Positions 13,652 through 26,125 of a stretch of 64,000 nucleotides of DNA are shown here, in pieces. The notes under the pieces were generated by a model, which saw nothing but the letters and a program-made list of their open reading frames with translations, was not told where the DNA came from and searched no databases. Position 1 is the stretch's first letter. Each line of letters starts with the position of its first letter. Position numbers and translations under genes: made by a program. The stretch comes from Heterodontus francisci. Its lineage: Eukaryota. The stretch is from contig NC_090395.1 of assembly GCF_036365525.1 (NCBI RefSeq), positions 65,311,326-65,375,325 on the forward strand, read 5' to 3'.

Positions 13652-13778
13652 CTGGTTGTTCCAGTTCTGTGAAAAGCAGTGGTGAGAGCTGTAGTAACAG
13701 AAGCCTCAGTAGTTTCTGTCACCTTGGTGGTTGGGCCCATTGTTGACCTCTGTACTGGGCCAATAACAGATGAACTTG
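13652..13778 (-). pseudogene. Gene B mucin-like stalk exon 1
   Basis: SSSVIGPVQRSTMGPTTKVTETTEASVTTALTTAFHRTGTT AG|gttagt; acceptor weak, so start uncertain. Confidence 0.65.
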
Positions 13779-14529
13779 CTGATCATTTTATCCCGAAAAG
13801 CACTTTTCATATACAGTTTACTCCTCTTAATTGAGTCATATAATGATCTAATCAATCATTTTTAACAGGAAATTCCCACTTTGTATTGTTTGTGTTGCTT
13901 AATTCAAATGATCAGATCATTCCTGCTTTTTTAGGGAAACATTTGACTGAATTAGCAGCACTGGACTGTGGCACAAAAGGATGAAATCAGAGACACCGAC
14001 AACAATATACATGGCTAGTGAATTTCAGCTCGGTGGCTACTAGATGAATATCTGGTGCTGGTTTTCCTCCTCCTGTGTGAGTTGGCAGAGGTTCTGATCT
14101 CAGAGCGATCGATTGGCATTGGGGAAGTGACACGATAACAACGGGTCGTATTTTACCAGTCCTCTGGAGACAGGCTGGGAGGTGGGAGGCTGCAGAAGAC
14201 GGCAGTGGAAGGTGTTAGGACATGAGTCCATGTTTCCTCGCTGCCATGGGATATTACCAGTGACGGGAAGCTCAACGGTGCTGCCACCCGCCGAGCAGAT
14301 GCGGACGGCCAATTAAACCAATTTGTTGCTCAATTAAAGGCCACTTCCCATTCTGGCAGCCTCCCAGTGGGTTCCTGAGGCAGGGGTCCTCCTGTATGGC
14401 GTTCCCTGGCCCATGCAGGGATCCCCAGAGTAATTGTCCGCCCCCGAGGCCACGTTGCCACAGCTGGAGGGTGCACCCCTACAATCGGGTCCGTGTGCCT
14501 GGCCCCAGCTTGGTAAAAAAAAACTTAAA

Positions 14530-14720
14530 TAAAAGCAAAATACTGCAGATACTGGAAATCTGAAGCGAAAACAAGAAATGCTGGAAATACTCAGCAGGTC
14601 TGGCAGCATCTGTGGAGAGAGAAGCAGAGTTAACGTTTCAGGTCAGTGACCCTTCATCAGAACTGGCAAAGGTTAAAAATGTAATAGGTTTTCAGCAAAT
14701 GAAGCTGGGGTGGGGCAAGA
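14530..14720. repeat. Short interspersed Penelope-associated terminal repeat
   Basis: AAAATACTGCAGAT..GGAAATCTGAA..CAGCATCTGTGGAGAGA; related copies near 29440, 32210, 40015, 50290 and 52970. Confidence 0.5.
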
Positions 14721-15269
14721 GATGACTTACCTGGCCTTCAAGGGTGCCTCTGGATGGGGGTTGCCTCTCCTTCTTCCTGCATCCTCAGCAGTGGCCACTT
14801 CTATCGGTTGTGCTGCTGAGCTATCAGCCCTCTGATTGGGCTGGCAGCTTGGAGAGGCGGCCCCCATCCTCAATTGGACAGCAATACAAAATAAAATGCT
14901 GCGTCAGGCCACCTGCCTGCGTGGGATCAAGTCCCGCTATCGGTCACGGTGGCAGGACAGCCCTTTCGATGAGAAAATTCCGGCTGTGAACAGAACAATT
15001 GCCAGCGAAATCCTTTCAGCAGGAACATGTTTTTCCAGTCTGTTTCTCTTCCCTCCTTCCTGACGGAGTGGAAAGATCTTGCTCTGGAAATCCAGTGTCC
15101 CCATGAGCCGGGTACCCCAGTAAATGGGCGTCCACCCCTTTGGTGCAAATGAACCTGCCCCTGGGATTTGGCACAGGGTTACTGTCAGAGCAGACTGGGG
15201 AGAATCTTTGGTTTCAAATGTTTACATTTGGGCAGAATAAACTAAATAGAAATACATTAGTCATCATAT

Positions 15270-15571
15270 CTTCAGAAACCTCTAATTCTACAGAAATCTT
15301 GATATCTAGTTCAAATATTGGCTTTATTATTACACACCAGTATTGTCCTTCACCATTCATTAGGTGATCCATGGTTACTGAAAATATCCCTTGTGTTTTG
15401 TTATCAGTCAGTGAAACTCTTCCTTGTTCTGGTTCATCAGTAGAAACCACAACAGAAGCGAGAGGATATTAATAACCTTTACGCCATTGTTTAACATGGT
15501 CTTTGAAAATCCGATCATACCAACAGTCCACAGTGACTGATCCTCCCAATTCTCCGTGAACCTTCATGAAC
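15270..15571 (-). pseudogene. Gene B Ig V-set exon, CD300/pIgR-like, disabled
   Basis: KVHGELGGSVTVDCWYD..KQWRKGY*..GRVSLTDNKTQGIFSVTM..GQYWC..LEVSE; in-frame TAA, frameshifting deletion after the acceptor, donor GT>AT. Confidence 0.85.
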
Positions 15572-16063
15572 CTGTTGGCATATTCATGATGAAAGATTAT
15601 TAACAACTCTGGCAGGATCAACAAAAACAGTATTTAACCAAATAAACACTGCTATTCCTGTTGTTATGGCAATCTTCATTGTAATTGCAGATCGAATCCC
15701 ATTTTTAATATCAAATTCTTTCTGATGAGTCTCATGTCACCAGCACTGTTACTGAAATTATTGCATATACTCTGGTTTTGATCCTAATTTTCCTCAATAT
15801 GGAGTCCTGTGATTTCCTGTTGTGAGCTGGTTGTGGAGCCAGATTCCCCACAATCACTGCATTCTGAGAAAATTATTCCTGTTGTCATTGTTGATTTATA
15901 TTCTTTATTGATACTGATCATTGCTATTAAGGAAGACTAAAAATCTTTCAGAGAAACAAATTCTTTCATTCTTTCTGACAGTTTCTTTCGGTCTGTTCAT
16001 TAGTTTATTTCACTTTCTACAGTTGAGTTACCTGGGCCTAAACTGCTTTTTCTGATCATAGGA

Positions 16064-19000
16064 TAGGTTGTGGCGTAGTGGTATTATCACTGGACTAGTA
16101 ACCCAGAAACCCAGGGTATTTCTCGAGGGACATGGATTCGAATCCCACCACGGCAGAAGGTGGAATTTGAATTTAACTATTCAAAAATCTGGAATTAAAA
16201 CTGGTCTAATGATGGTCATGAAACCATTGTCGATTGTTGTAAAAACCCATCTGGTTCACTAATGCCCTTTAGGGAAGGAAATCTGCTGTCCTTACCTGGT
16301 TGGCCTACATGTGACTCCAGACCCACAGCAATGTGGTTGACTCTTACATGCCCTCTGAAATGGCTTAGCAAGCCACTCAGTTGTACCTCACCGCTACAAA
16401 GTCAATAAAAAGGAATGAAACCGGACGGACCACTCGTCATCGACCGAGGCACCGGAAACGACAACGGCAAACCCAGCCATCGACCCTGCAAAGTCCTCCT
16501 TATTAACATCTGGGGGCTTGTGCCAAAGTTGAGAGAGCTGTCCCACAGACCAATCAAGCAACAGCCTGACATAGTCATACTCACGGAATCATACCTTACA
16601 GACAATGTCCCAGACACTGCCATCACCATCCCCGGGTATGTCCTGTCCCATCGGCAGGACAGACCCACCAGAGGTGGCGGCACAGTGGTCTACAGTAGGG
16701 AGGGAGTTGCCCTGGGAGTCCTCAACATTGACTCCGGACCCCATGAAGTCTCATGGCATCAGGTCAAACATGGGCAAGGTAACTTCCTACTGATTACCAC
16801 CTACTACCCTCCCTTAGCTGATGACTCAGTACTCCTCCATGTTGAACAGCACTTGGAGGAAGCACTGAGGGTGGCAAGGGCACAAAATGTACTCTGGGTG
16901 GGGGACTTCAATGTTCATCACCAAGAGTGGCTCGGTAGCACCACTACTGACCGAGCTGGCTGAGTCCTAAAGGACATAGCTGCTAGACTGGGTCTGCAGC
17001 AGGTGGTGAGGGAACCAACACAAGAGAAAAACATACTTGACCTCGTCCTCACCAATCTGCCTGCCGCAGATGCTTCTGTCCATGACAGTATTGGTAGGAG
17101 TGACCACTGCACAGTCCTTGTGGAGACGAAGTCCCGCCTTCACATTGTGGATACCCTCCATCGTGTTGTGTGGCACTACCACCGTGCTAACGGGGATAGA
17201 TTTCGAACAGATATAGCAATGTAAAACTGGGCATCCATGAGGCGCTGTGGGCCATCAGCAGCAGCAGAATTGTACTCAACCACAATCTGTGACCTCATGG
17301 CCCGGCATATCCCCCACTCTACCATTACTATCAAGCCAGGAGACCAACCCTGGTTCAATGAAGAGTGCAGGAGGGTATGCCAGGAGCAGCACCAGGCATA
17401 CCTCAAAATGAGGTGTCAACCTGGTGAAGCTACAACCCAGGACTATCTGCGTGCCAAAGTGCTTAAGCAGCATGCGATAGACAGAGCTAAGCGATCCCAT
17501 AACCAACGGATCAGATCTAAGCTCTGCAGTCCTGCCACATCCAGCCATGAATGGTGTTGGACAATTAAACAACTAACTGGAGGAGGTGGCTCCACAAATA
17601 TTCCCATCCTCAATGATGGGGGAGCTCAGCACATCAGTGCGAAAGAGAAGGCTGAAGCATTTGCAACAATCTTCAGCCAGAAGTGCCGAGTTGATGATCC
17701 ATCTCGGCCTCTTCCCGAAGTCCCCAGCATCACAGATGCCAGACTTCAGCTAATTCAATTCACTCCGCGTGATATCAAGAAACGACTGAAGGCACTGGAT
17801 ACTGCAAAAGCTATGAACCCTGACAATATTCCGGCAATAGTACTGAAGACCTGTGCTCCAGAACTTGCCACGCCCCTAGCCAAGCTGTTCCAGTACAACT
17901 ACAACACTGGCATCTACCCTGCAATGTGAAAAATTGCCCTGGTATGTCCTGTACGCAAAAAGCAAGACAAGTCCAACCTGGCCAATTACCGCCCCATCAG
18001 CCTACTCTCAATCATCAGTAAAGTGATGGAAGGTATCATCAACAGTGCCATCAAGCAGCACTTGCTTAGCAGCAACCTGCTCAGTGGCGCTCAGTTTGGG
18101 TTCCGCCAGGGCCACTCAGCACCTGGCCTCATTACAGCCTTGGTTCAAACATGGACAAAAGAGCTGAACCCAAGAGGTGAGGTGAGAGTGATTGCCCTTG
18201 ACATCAAGGCAGCATTTGACTGAGTATGGCATCAAGGAGCCCTAGCAAAACTGAGGTCAATAAGAATCAGGGGGAAAACCCTCCACTGGCTGGAGTCATA
18301 CCTAGCGCAAAGGAAGATGGTTGTGGTTGTTGGAGGTCAATCATCTGAGCTCCAGGACATCACTGCAGGAGTTCCTCAGGGTAGTGTCCTAGGCCCAACC
18401 ATCTTCAGCTGCTTCATCAATGACCGACCTTCAATCATAAGGTCAGAAGTGGGGATGTTCGCTAATGATTGCACAATATTCAGCACCATTCATGACTCCT
18501 CAAATACTGAAGCAGTCTGTGTAGAAATGCAGCAAACCTGGACAATATCCAGGCTTGGGCTGATAAGTGGCAAGTAACAATCGCGCCACACAAGTGCCAG
18601 GCAATGACCATCTCCAACAAGAGAGAATCTAACCATCTCCCCTTGACATTCAACAGCATTACCATCGCTGAATCCCCCACTATCAACATCCTAGGGGCCA
18701 CCATTGACCAGAAACTGAACTGGAATAGCCACATAAATACCATGGATACAAGAGCAGGTCAGAGGCTAGGAATCCTGAGGCGAGTAACTCACTTCCTGAC
18801 TCCCCAAAGCCTGTCCACCATCTACAAAGCACAAGTCAGGAGTGTGATGGAATACTCTCCACTTGCCTGGATGGGTGCAGCTCCAACAACACTCAAGAAG
18901 CTCGACACCATCCAGGACAAAGCAGCCCGCTTGATTGGCACCCCATCTACAAACATTCACTCCCTCCACCACCAACGCACCGTGGCAGCAGTGTGTACCC

Positions 19001-19355
19001 TCTACAAGATGCACTGCAGCAATGCACCAAGGCTCCTTAGACAGCACCTTCCAAACCCGCGACCTCGACCAACTAGAAGGACATGGGCACCAAATGCATG
19101 GAAACAACACCACCTGCAAGTTCCCCTCCAAGTCACATACCATCCTGACTTGGAACTATATCACCGTTCCTTCACTGATGCTGGGTCAAAATCCTGGAAC
19201 TCCCTTCCTAACAGCACTGTGGGTGTACCTACCCCAAATGGACTGCAGCGGTTCAAGAAGACAGCTCACCACCACCTTCTCGAGGGCAATTAGGGATGGG
19301 CAATAAATGCTGGCCTAGCCAGCGATGCCCACATCCCTGAATGAATAAAAAAAAA
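16064..19355 (+). mobile_element. Near full-length single-ORF APE-RT LINE (CR1/L2-group) with a tRNA-derived SINE-type 5' head
   Basis: A box TGGCGTAGTGG 16071-16081, B box GATTCGAATCC 16135-16145; ORF 16415-19293 (APE motifs TESYL, GDFN, SDH; RT motifs QFGFR, GVPQGS); poly(A) end. Confidence 0.9.
16415..19293 (+). pseudogene. Endonuclease-reverse transcriptase ORF of the tRNA-headed LINE
   Basis: ORF pieces starting at 16415, 17003, 17237, 18023 and 18317 share one frame, separated by single stops; one frameshift near 18535. Confidence 0.85.
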
Positions 19356-19369
19356 TAGGGACATCGAAA

Positions 19370-21420
19370 TATTTGGAACAGGTGTGGGCCACTCACCTGC
19401 CTTAGCTGCATCTCCCTCGACACCCATAGCTATCAATAATCTATCATTCTCAGTCTTGAAAGCTTCACTTGTCCCATAATCCACAGCTTTTTGGGGAGAG
19501 CTTTAAAAATTTCTTTTAACTTTTATATGAAAAAGTGCCTCCTGATTTCGTTCCTGAATAACCCAGCTCTACTGTTAAGATTATATCCCCTTGTTCTTGA
19601 TTTCTCCATCTGTGGAAATAATTTCTCTGTATCCACCCCATCAAATCTTTTTAAGATTTTAAATATCTTGATCAGATAAGCTATCAATCTTTAAACTCTC
19701 GGGAGTTCAAATCAATTTTATGTAACCCCTCCTCGTAATTTAACCCTGTAAGCCATGGCATCATCCTGGTGAATCTGCATTGCAACCCCTTCAAGGCCAA
19801 TGTATCCTTCCTGAAGTGTGGTGCTCTGAGCTCCAGATGATGTCTGACCAACGCTTTCTACTACTGAAGCATAACTTCCTCTCCGTTGTAATCAACCCCT
19901 CCTTGAGATAAAGAACAACATTCCATTAACCTTTTTGATTGCTTTTTCTAACCTGTCGACTAGCTTTAATGATGTGTTTACTTGGACTCCCAATTCTCTT
20001 GAGGATGTAACTAGTAGAGTTGATGAGGGACAGCCAATGGATATGGTTTATTTGGACTTTCAGAAGGCTTTCGACAAAGTCCCACATAAGAGATTAGCAT
20101 GTAAAATTAAAGCGCATGGGATTGGGGGTAGTGTATTGCGATGGATAGAAAATTGGTTGGCAGACAGGAAACAAAGAGTAGGCATAAATGGGTCTTTTTC
20201 CGAATGGCAGGCAGTGACTAGTGGGGTACCGCAGGGATCGGTGCTAGGACCCCAGCTATTCACAATATACATTAATGATTTAGATGAGGGAACTAAATGT
20301 AATATCTCCAAATTTGCAGATAACACAAAACTGGGTGGGAAGGTGAGTTGTGAAGAGGACGCAGAGAGGCTTCAGGGTGATTTGGACAAGTTGAGTGAGT
20401 GGGCAAATGCATGGCAGATGCAGTATAATATGGATAAATGTGAGGTTATCCACTTTGGTAGCAAACACAGGGAGGCAGATTATTATTTGAATGGCTATTA
20501 ACTGAGAGAGGGGAATATGCAACGAGACCTGGGTGTTCTCGTACACCAGTCGCTGAAAGTAAGCATGCAGGTGCAACAGGCGGTAAAAAAGGCAAATGGA
20601 ATGTTGGCCTTCATAGCAAGAGGATTCGAGTACAGAAGCAGGGATGTTTTGCTGCAATTGTACAGGGCCTTGGTGAGGCTACACCTGGAATATTGTGTGC
20701 AGTTTTGGTCTCCTTATCTGAGAAAGGATGTTCTTGCTATAGAGGGAGTGCAGAGAAGGTTTACCAGACTGATTCCTGGGATGGTGGGACTGACGTATGA
20801 GGAGAGATTAAGTCGGTTAGGATTATATTTACTGGAGTTCAGAAGAGTGAGGGGGGATCTCATAGAAACCTATAAAATTCTAACAGGACTTGACAGGGTA
20901 GATGCAGGAAGGATGTTCCCGATGGTGGGGGAGTCCAGAACCAGGGGTCATAGTCTAAGGATACGAGGTAAACCTTTCAGGACTGAGATGAGGAGAAATT
21001 TCTTCACCCAGAGAGTGGTGAGCCTGTGGAATTCGCTACCACAGAAAGCAGTTGAGGCCAAAACATTGTATGTTTTCAGGAAGGAGTTAGATATAGCTCT
21101 TGGAGCGAAAAGGATCAAAGGATATGGGGGGAAAGCAGGAACAGGCTACTGAGTTGAATGATCAGCCATGATCATAATGAATGGTGGAGCAGGCTCGAAG
21201 GGCCAAATGGCCTACTCCTGCTCCTATTTCCTATGTTTCTGTGTTTCTTTGACCCTCTACAGTCTCTAGTTTCTCACCATTTAAATGCTGTGATTTCTCT
21301 TTACTTCACACTTGCCCACATTGAACTCCATTTGCCTTGGTTTTGCCCACTAACAAACAATCTGTCTATGTCCCTTTGCAACGACCTGTTTTTATCTGCA
21401 CTACTTACCAATGCTACCTC
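19370..21420 (-). mobile_element. Old degenerate CR1 remnant interrupted by a younger CR1
   Basis: Degenerate CR1 3' sequence at 19370-19995 resumes at about 21250. Confidence 0.55.
19996..21249 (+). mobile_element. 5'-truncated CR1 LINE
   Basis: RT ORFs 19935-20501 and 20517-21152; tail CCTATGTTTCTGTGTTTCT. Confidence 0.9.
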
Positions 21421-22149
21421 AAAGCTGTTTGGCTGCGCAGCCACCCGAAAGTCTCCACACTGGTCGTGCACAAGTCAGCCCCTTGAAAGTACCGCAGCCA
21501 TGCACTTAGATAAATTATCACACATGCACAGCCATGCACTTAAATAAATCACCTGCACGCTCTCAAAAGAAATTAGAGGGAAAGTTGCTGCTTACTGTTG
21601 CTCCTAACATACTGTGAGTTGCAAACTTATTTTACAACCCTCTATTGCTTCATCCAAGACATGTTAAATGTAGTGAAAAGTGAGACCCAGCACAGATTAC
21701 TGGAGAACATCACTTATCACATCGTGCCAATCTCAGTACCTACCCGATAGACTCACTCTCTGTCCCTTACCTCCCAACCAATTTTCAACCCAAGTCAAAA
21801 GGCTACCTCCAGTTCTGTGTGTTCTCATTTTTGCGAATAACTTTATGTATTGAACTTTCCTGAATGCCTTCTGAATCCAAATCTATTCCATCAAATATTT
21901 AGTTTGTATTGATCTGATTGAGATGGCTCCCGTAAAAATTCCCTCTTAGATTTTCCCTGTGCTATCAACCAATCCTTGTGAAAGAGGATAGGCAGTTGAC
22001 CAGATTCAAGGCTGTTGCCACGCATCTCTGTGAGTGAGTGTTAAGGACTCTAGGCAACATTTTGGCGTTAGTAACAGTATGTAGTTCATGTGCATATTGC
22101 AAATCGCTGACCTCGAAGTATCTTGTGAAGTTGCTTATTCAAATATTGT

Positions 22150-23280
22150 TCAACAACAACTTATATTTACATAACGCCTTTGACATATTAAAATGTCCGA
22201 AGGTACTTCACAGAAACATTATATAAACATTAAGAAGTGAAGATATCTTGGAGAGTTTGGGGCTGGAGAAGATTGCAGAGATAGAAATGGAGGGATTTGT
22301 AGAAAAGGATGAGAATTTTAAAATCAAGCATTGCCTGTCAGGGAGGCAGTGTAGGTCAGCAAGCACAGGGATGATAGGGAAAGGGACTTGATGCGAGTTA
22401 AGACATGGAGTGCAGTGCTTTGGCTGACCTCATGTTTCCAGAAGGTACAATATGGTAGACCAACCAGGAGTGCATTGGAATAGTCAGGTCTAGAGGTAAC
22501 AAAGGCATGAACCAGCGTTTCAGCAGCAGATGAGCTGAGACAGGGGCAAAGTCAGGCGATGTTCTGGCGGTGGCAGTAGGCAGTCTTAGTGATGGTGTGA
22601 ATCTGAGGTCAGAAGTTCATCTCGGGGTCAGATTTGCCACCGAGCTTGCAAACAGACTGGCTTAATCTCAGACACTTTCCAGGGAGAGGAATGGAGTCAG
22701 TAGCTAGGAAATGTCGTTTAAGTGGGACCGTAAATAATGTCTTCAGTCTTACCAATATTTAATTGCAGGAAATTACTGCTCATCCAGTACTAGATATTGG
22801 ATAAGCAGTCTGATAGTTTAGCAACAGTGGAAGAGTCGAGAGAAATGGTGGTGAGGTAGGGCTGGGTGTCAATACTGTACATGTGAAAATTAACGCTGTG
22901 CTTTTGGATGATGTTGCCGAGGGACAGGTAGAGAAGCCGTTGCAATTGATTCTCTGGTTACGATTAGATAGGTAAGAATGGAACCGGGTGAGAGCAGTCC
23001 CACCCAGCTGGATGACTGTGGAGAGGTGTTGGAGGAGAATGGTGTTGTCAAACCGTGTCAAAGGATGCAGACAGGTCAGGAAGGATGAGGAAGGAAAGTT
23101 TACCTTTGTCACAGTCAGGTAGGATTTTATTTGTGACTTCGATAAGAGCTGTTTTGTTACTGTGGAAGAGACAGAACTTGATTGGAGGGATTCAAACATG
23201 GAGTTCCGGGAAAGATGAGAACGGATTTGGGAGGTGACAACACGTTCAAGAACTTTGAAGAGGAAAGGGAGGTTGGATGG
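22150..23280 (-). mobile_element. Degenerate L2-like LINE
   Basis: SNLPFLFKVLERVV..MFESLQS RT remnant; (GTT)n tail near 22150. Confidence 0.75.
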
Positions 23281-23881
23281 ATCCCAGCATGGATTGGGTA
23301 CTAAGAAAGGCATAATTTCTGTGGAGGCATGATATCCAACACAGTAGCAAATTTAAAGGGATGTTGTACCAATCTTTAACTTACCCAATAATTGAGCTGC
23401 CAAACTATGCAAGATCTCCTCCTTCACAGGAGCCAGAAAGGAGGCAGAACCAAGCTGTGAGCACCCACTATACAGGCACTCCTGAGGTAGATATAACAGG
23501 AAAATTGTTTTTCTTTTCATGCAGGAAAGCAATGAGGAATGTTGTGTGAAGACGGGAAGGTTAAGATAGTTTCTTTGTGACAATGCTGCTTTGTCAACAC
23601 ACAAAGAGGATTGCAAAACATCATGGATGACTCAGGTAAGAACATGACCGGTGCAGATTGGTTCACAATGGAACATTTGGGATATTGTCATAGAGGGGTT
23701 GTAGGGCTCATCATGAAAAGCCGCAGGATTTATCGGCAAGAGTTGGTGCTGAGAAATATGATCAAATAAGTCCAAGTAAACTCATATGTCACAATACAAA
23801 TGTATTAAACAATTAAATTATTTGACCTTCAGAAGTTGGGTAAAACACAATATGAAGAAACACTTGAGACACCCACTCAGT

Positions 23882-24489
23882 GGCTGGAATTTTACATCGG
23901 GGTGGAGGCCCCACCCACTGGCTTAAAAGTTGGAGCCTGCCTCCGATGGCCTGGGAGCCATGCAGAAAAGGCCCTTAATTGGCCTTGGGTGGGACTTCTG
24001 CCCCTCTGAGGAAGGAAGTCCCACCTCCAGGAGTTTCCAGCCAATCAGGGGGCAGTGGCCACTGCTGGGACCCAGCTTCAGGAGGATCATGGACATCAGT
24101 GCTGAAAATGTTAATTGGGTTTTGGGCCTCACCGGAGACAATCATCTGGGCCCCGGCGATGAGGGATGGGGGTCTATCAGGAGGGAGGTGTGAGGTGCAT
24201 GAGCGGGGGCGGCAGGAGCTGCTCCCTCTTGGGCCTGCAAGGAGGCTGCCTGGTGTCACTGTTGACAAAGTGCCTATTGCAGTGGTGGGAGAAGGCCCTT
24301 TGGCAATTAAATGGCCACTTCAGGGCATCAATTGGCCTGGGGTGGGTGGGCCATTTGTGACCTCTCTCGCCAATTGTAAAATTGCAGCGGGGGGTGGGAA
24401 GGAGATCGGAACAGCAGCCCCTACATCCCATACAATTTTATGCCTTCCTGCCTCCAACCGACTCCTGTGGGGGGCGTAAAATTCCAGCC
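23882..24489. mobile_element. PIF/Harbinger-type MITE
   Basis: Perfect 14-bp TIR GGCTGGAATTTTAC/GTAAAATTCCAGCC, 3-bp TSD AGT; empty site in the paralog at positions 1-30. Confidence 0.85.
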
Positions 24490-25028
24490 AGTATCTGTTC
24501 TGATGCAATTCATTATTGCTGAACTGAAATAATGGATTTTCTTTCCCTCCAAATGCACTTCTGTTCTAAACACAAATATTTCACACCGTTTGCCTTCTAA
24601 GAGACAAATGTGCCCTCGGTTCAACATTTTTCTATGCACTCAGAGAGGGAACTCCATATGAACCGCCTTGGATCATGTTACTAAGTTAATGGTGCTATAT
24701 AACGCATCTTGTTGTGTTATACCAAAAAGAAATGCAGTCAGTCTCTTTCCATTGATTTTCAGGTAGGACAGAGCTGCAAGAGGGCAGAAAGAATCAGAGA
24801 TGCAGCAGGAAAGGCCAGGAAGAAGCAAAGGAGGATTGCAGATGCTGGAGAAGCAGATGGGCATCGCAGCAACAACAACTGGCAAGGTCATGAGTGGTTT
24901 ATCTTTAACTCAGCACAACAAAACTACAGGTGACTGAGCCAGTAGAAGTTTCTGGTCGTCTTCAACTCTGATTACAAAAGTAATTTTTAGTAACACTAAG
25001 GAACAAGATTTTAAAAGAAGCGACTTAC

Positions 25029-25058
25029 TTGATAAAGACATAGAATCAAACAAGCCAT
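25029..25058 (-). pseudogene. Gene B leader exon (frameshifted)
   Basis: ATG MACLILCLYQ|gtaagt; 1 nt shorter than the aligned part of the gene C leader, so it ends in phase 0 instead of 1. Confidence 0.7.
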
Positions 25059-25829
25059 TGCTCTGGACTGCTTCTGGTGGGTGAATTCACCGTACCCAGA
25101 CATCGTATTTCAGCAGTGCTGTCTTTGAATTGGTTGGTTTCCTATAATGTATTTGTGTAGGCCACTTCCTTATTCATCCAGTAATAGAATAGACCATTTC
25201 CTCTTTCGCAATAAGGAAGAGGCCTGAATCCATGCTCCCCACCCTGAATAAAGGGCTGGGTTCTTACTCTAAGTGGTTTGAGGCACTTACCTTCCAAAAT
25301 ATTCAGAGATTTAGAAGTAAAGTAATGCAACCTGTTTCATTTTCAGGCATATTTATCAAAACTCTAATACGCTCTATTCATGTACAATACTGTTTTCTAC
25401 TCTTCTTACACATTCACACTTCTTCCACATGTTTTCTCATACATTTATAAAAAGAAAACATTCTCAGCTGATTCAATCACCATGACAACAGAAAAATGGC
25501 CAATGAGGAAGTTTATTTTTGACCACCCAAAATCATTGGAAATCATTACCTGGAATTAAATAACTTGTGATCTGTGAAGATGATTTTTTCCCACTTTCTG
25601 ACCACAAGTGGAATTTGTGCCATAAACCAGGATTGATCTACACTGGAGCAACTAATGGTGGGAGGAATCTCCACGAACAGTAGCGCTCTGAAAGGGCCCC
25701 TTGAAGTTCTATCCAACCTACAACTCGAGTACCTTTTTAGAATAGGCTTCTATTATTGATCCTGTTGACAATTTATGGTTTTTATTCAAAATTTTATTGC
25801 CAGGCATGCTCCCTTAATGTTATAGAGTC

Positions 25830-26125
25830 ATAGCATGATAGACATTCGGGCCATCATGTCTGTGCCAGCTGAAAAAAGAGCTATCCAACCGATTCCCACT
25901 TTCCAGCTTTTGATCCATAGCCCTGCAGGTTATGGCAAAAGTGCACATCCAAGTGTTTTGAAATGCGATGAGGGTTTCTGCCTCAACCGCCCTTTCAGGC
26001 AGTGAGCTTTAGACCCCCACCCATCATCTGGGTGAAAAAATTTCTCTTCGAATCCCCTCTAACCTTCCTACCAATTACTTTAAATCTATGCCCCCTGGTT
26101 ATTGACCTTGCTGCTAAGGGGAATA
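25830..26125 (-). mobile_element. CR1 3' fragment
   Basis: [22 protein letters not shown]. Confidence 0.75.

Larger units (their letters stand above)
23870..25640 (+). repeat. Segmental duplicate of 1-841 plus 2729-3105 (promoter, leader and intron-1 block of genes B/C)
   Basis: Colinear similarity, e.g. TCTGTTCTGATGCAATTCAT, TTTGCCTTCTAAGAGACAAATGTG, CATTTATAAAAAGAAAACATTCTC in both. Confidence 0.9.

Noticed and set aside
16064-16155. Genuine tRNA gene
   Set aside because: No clear cloverleaf or T-run terminator; it is the head of a repeat also found at 45720-45804.
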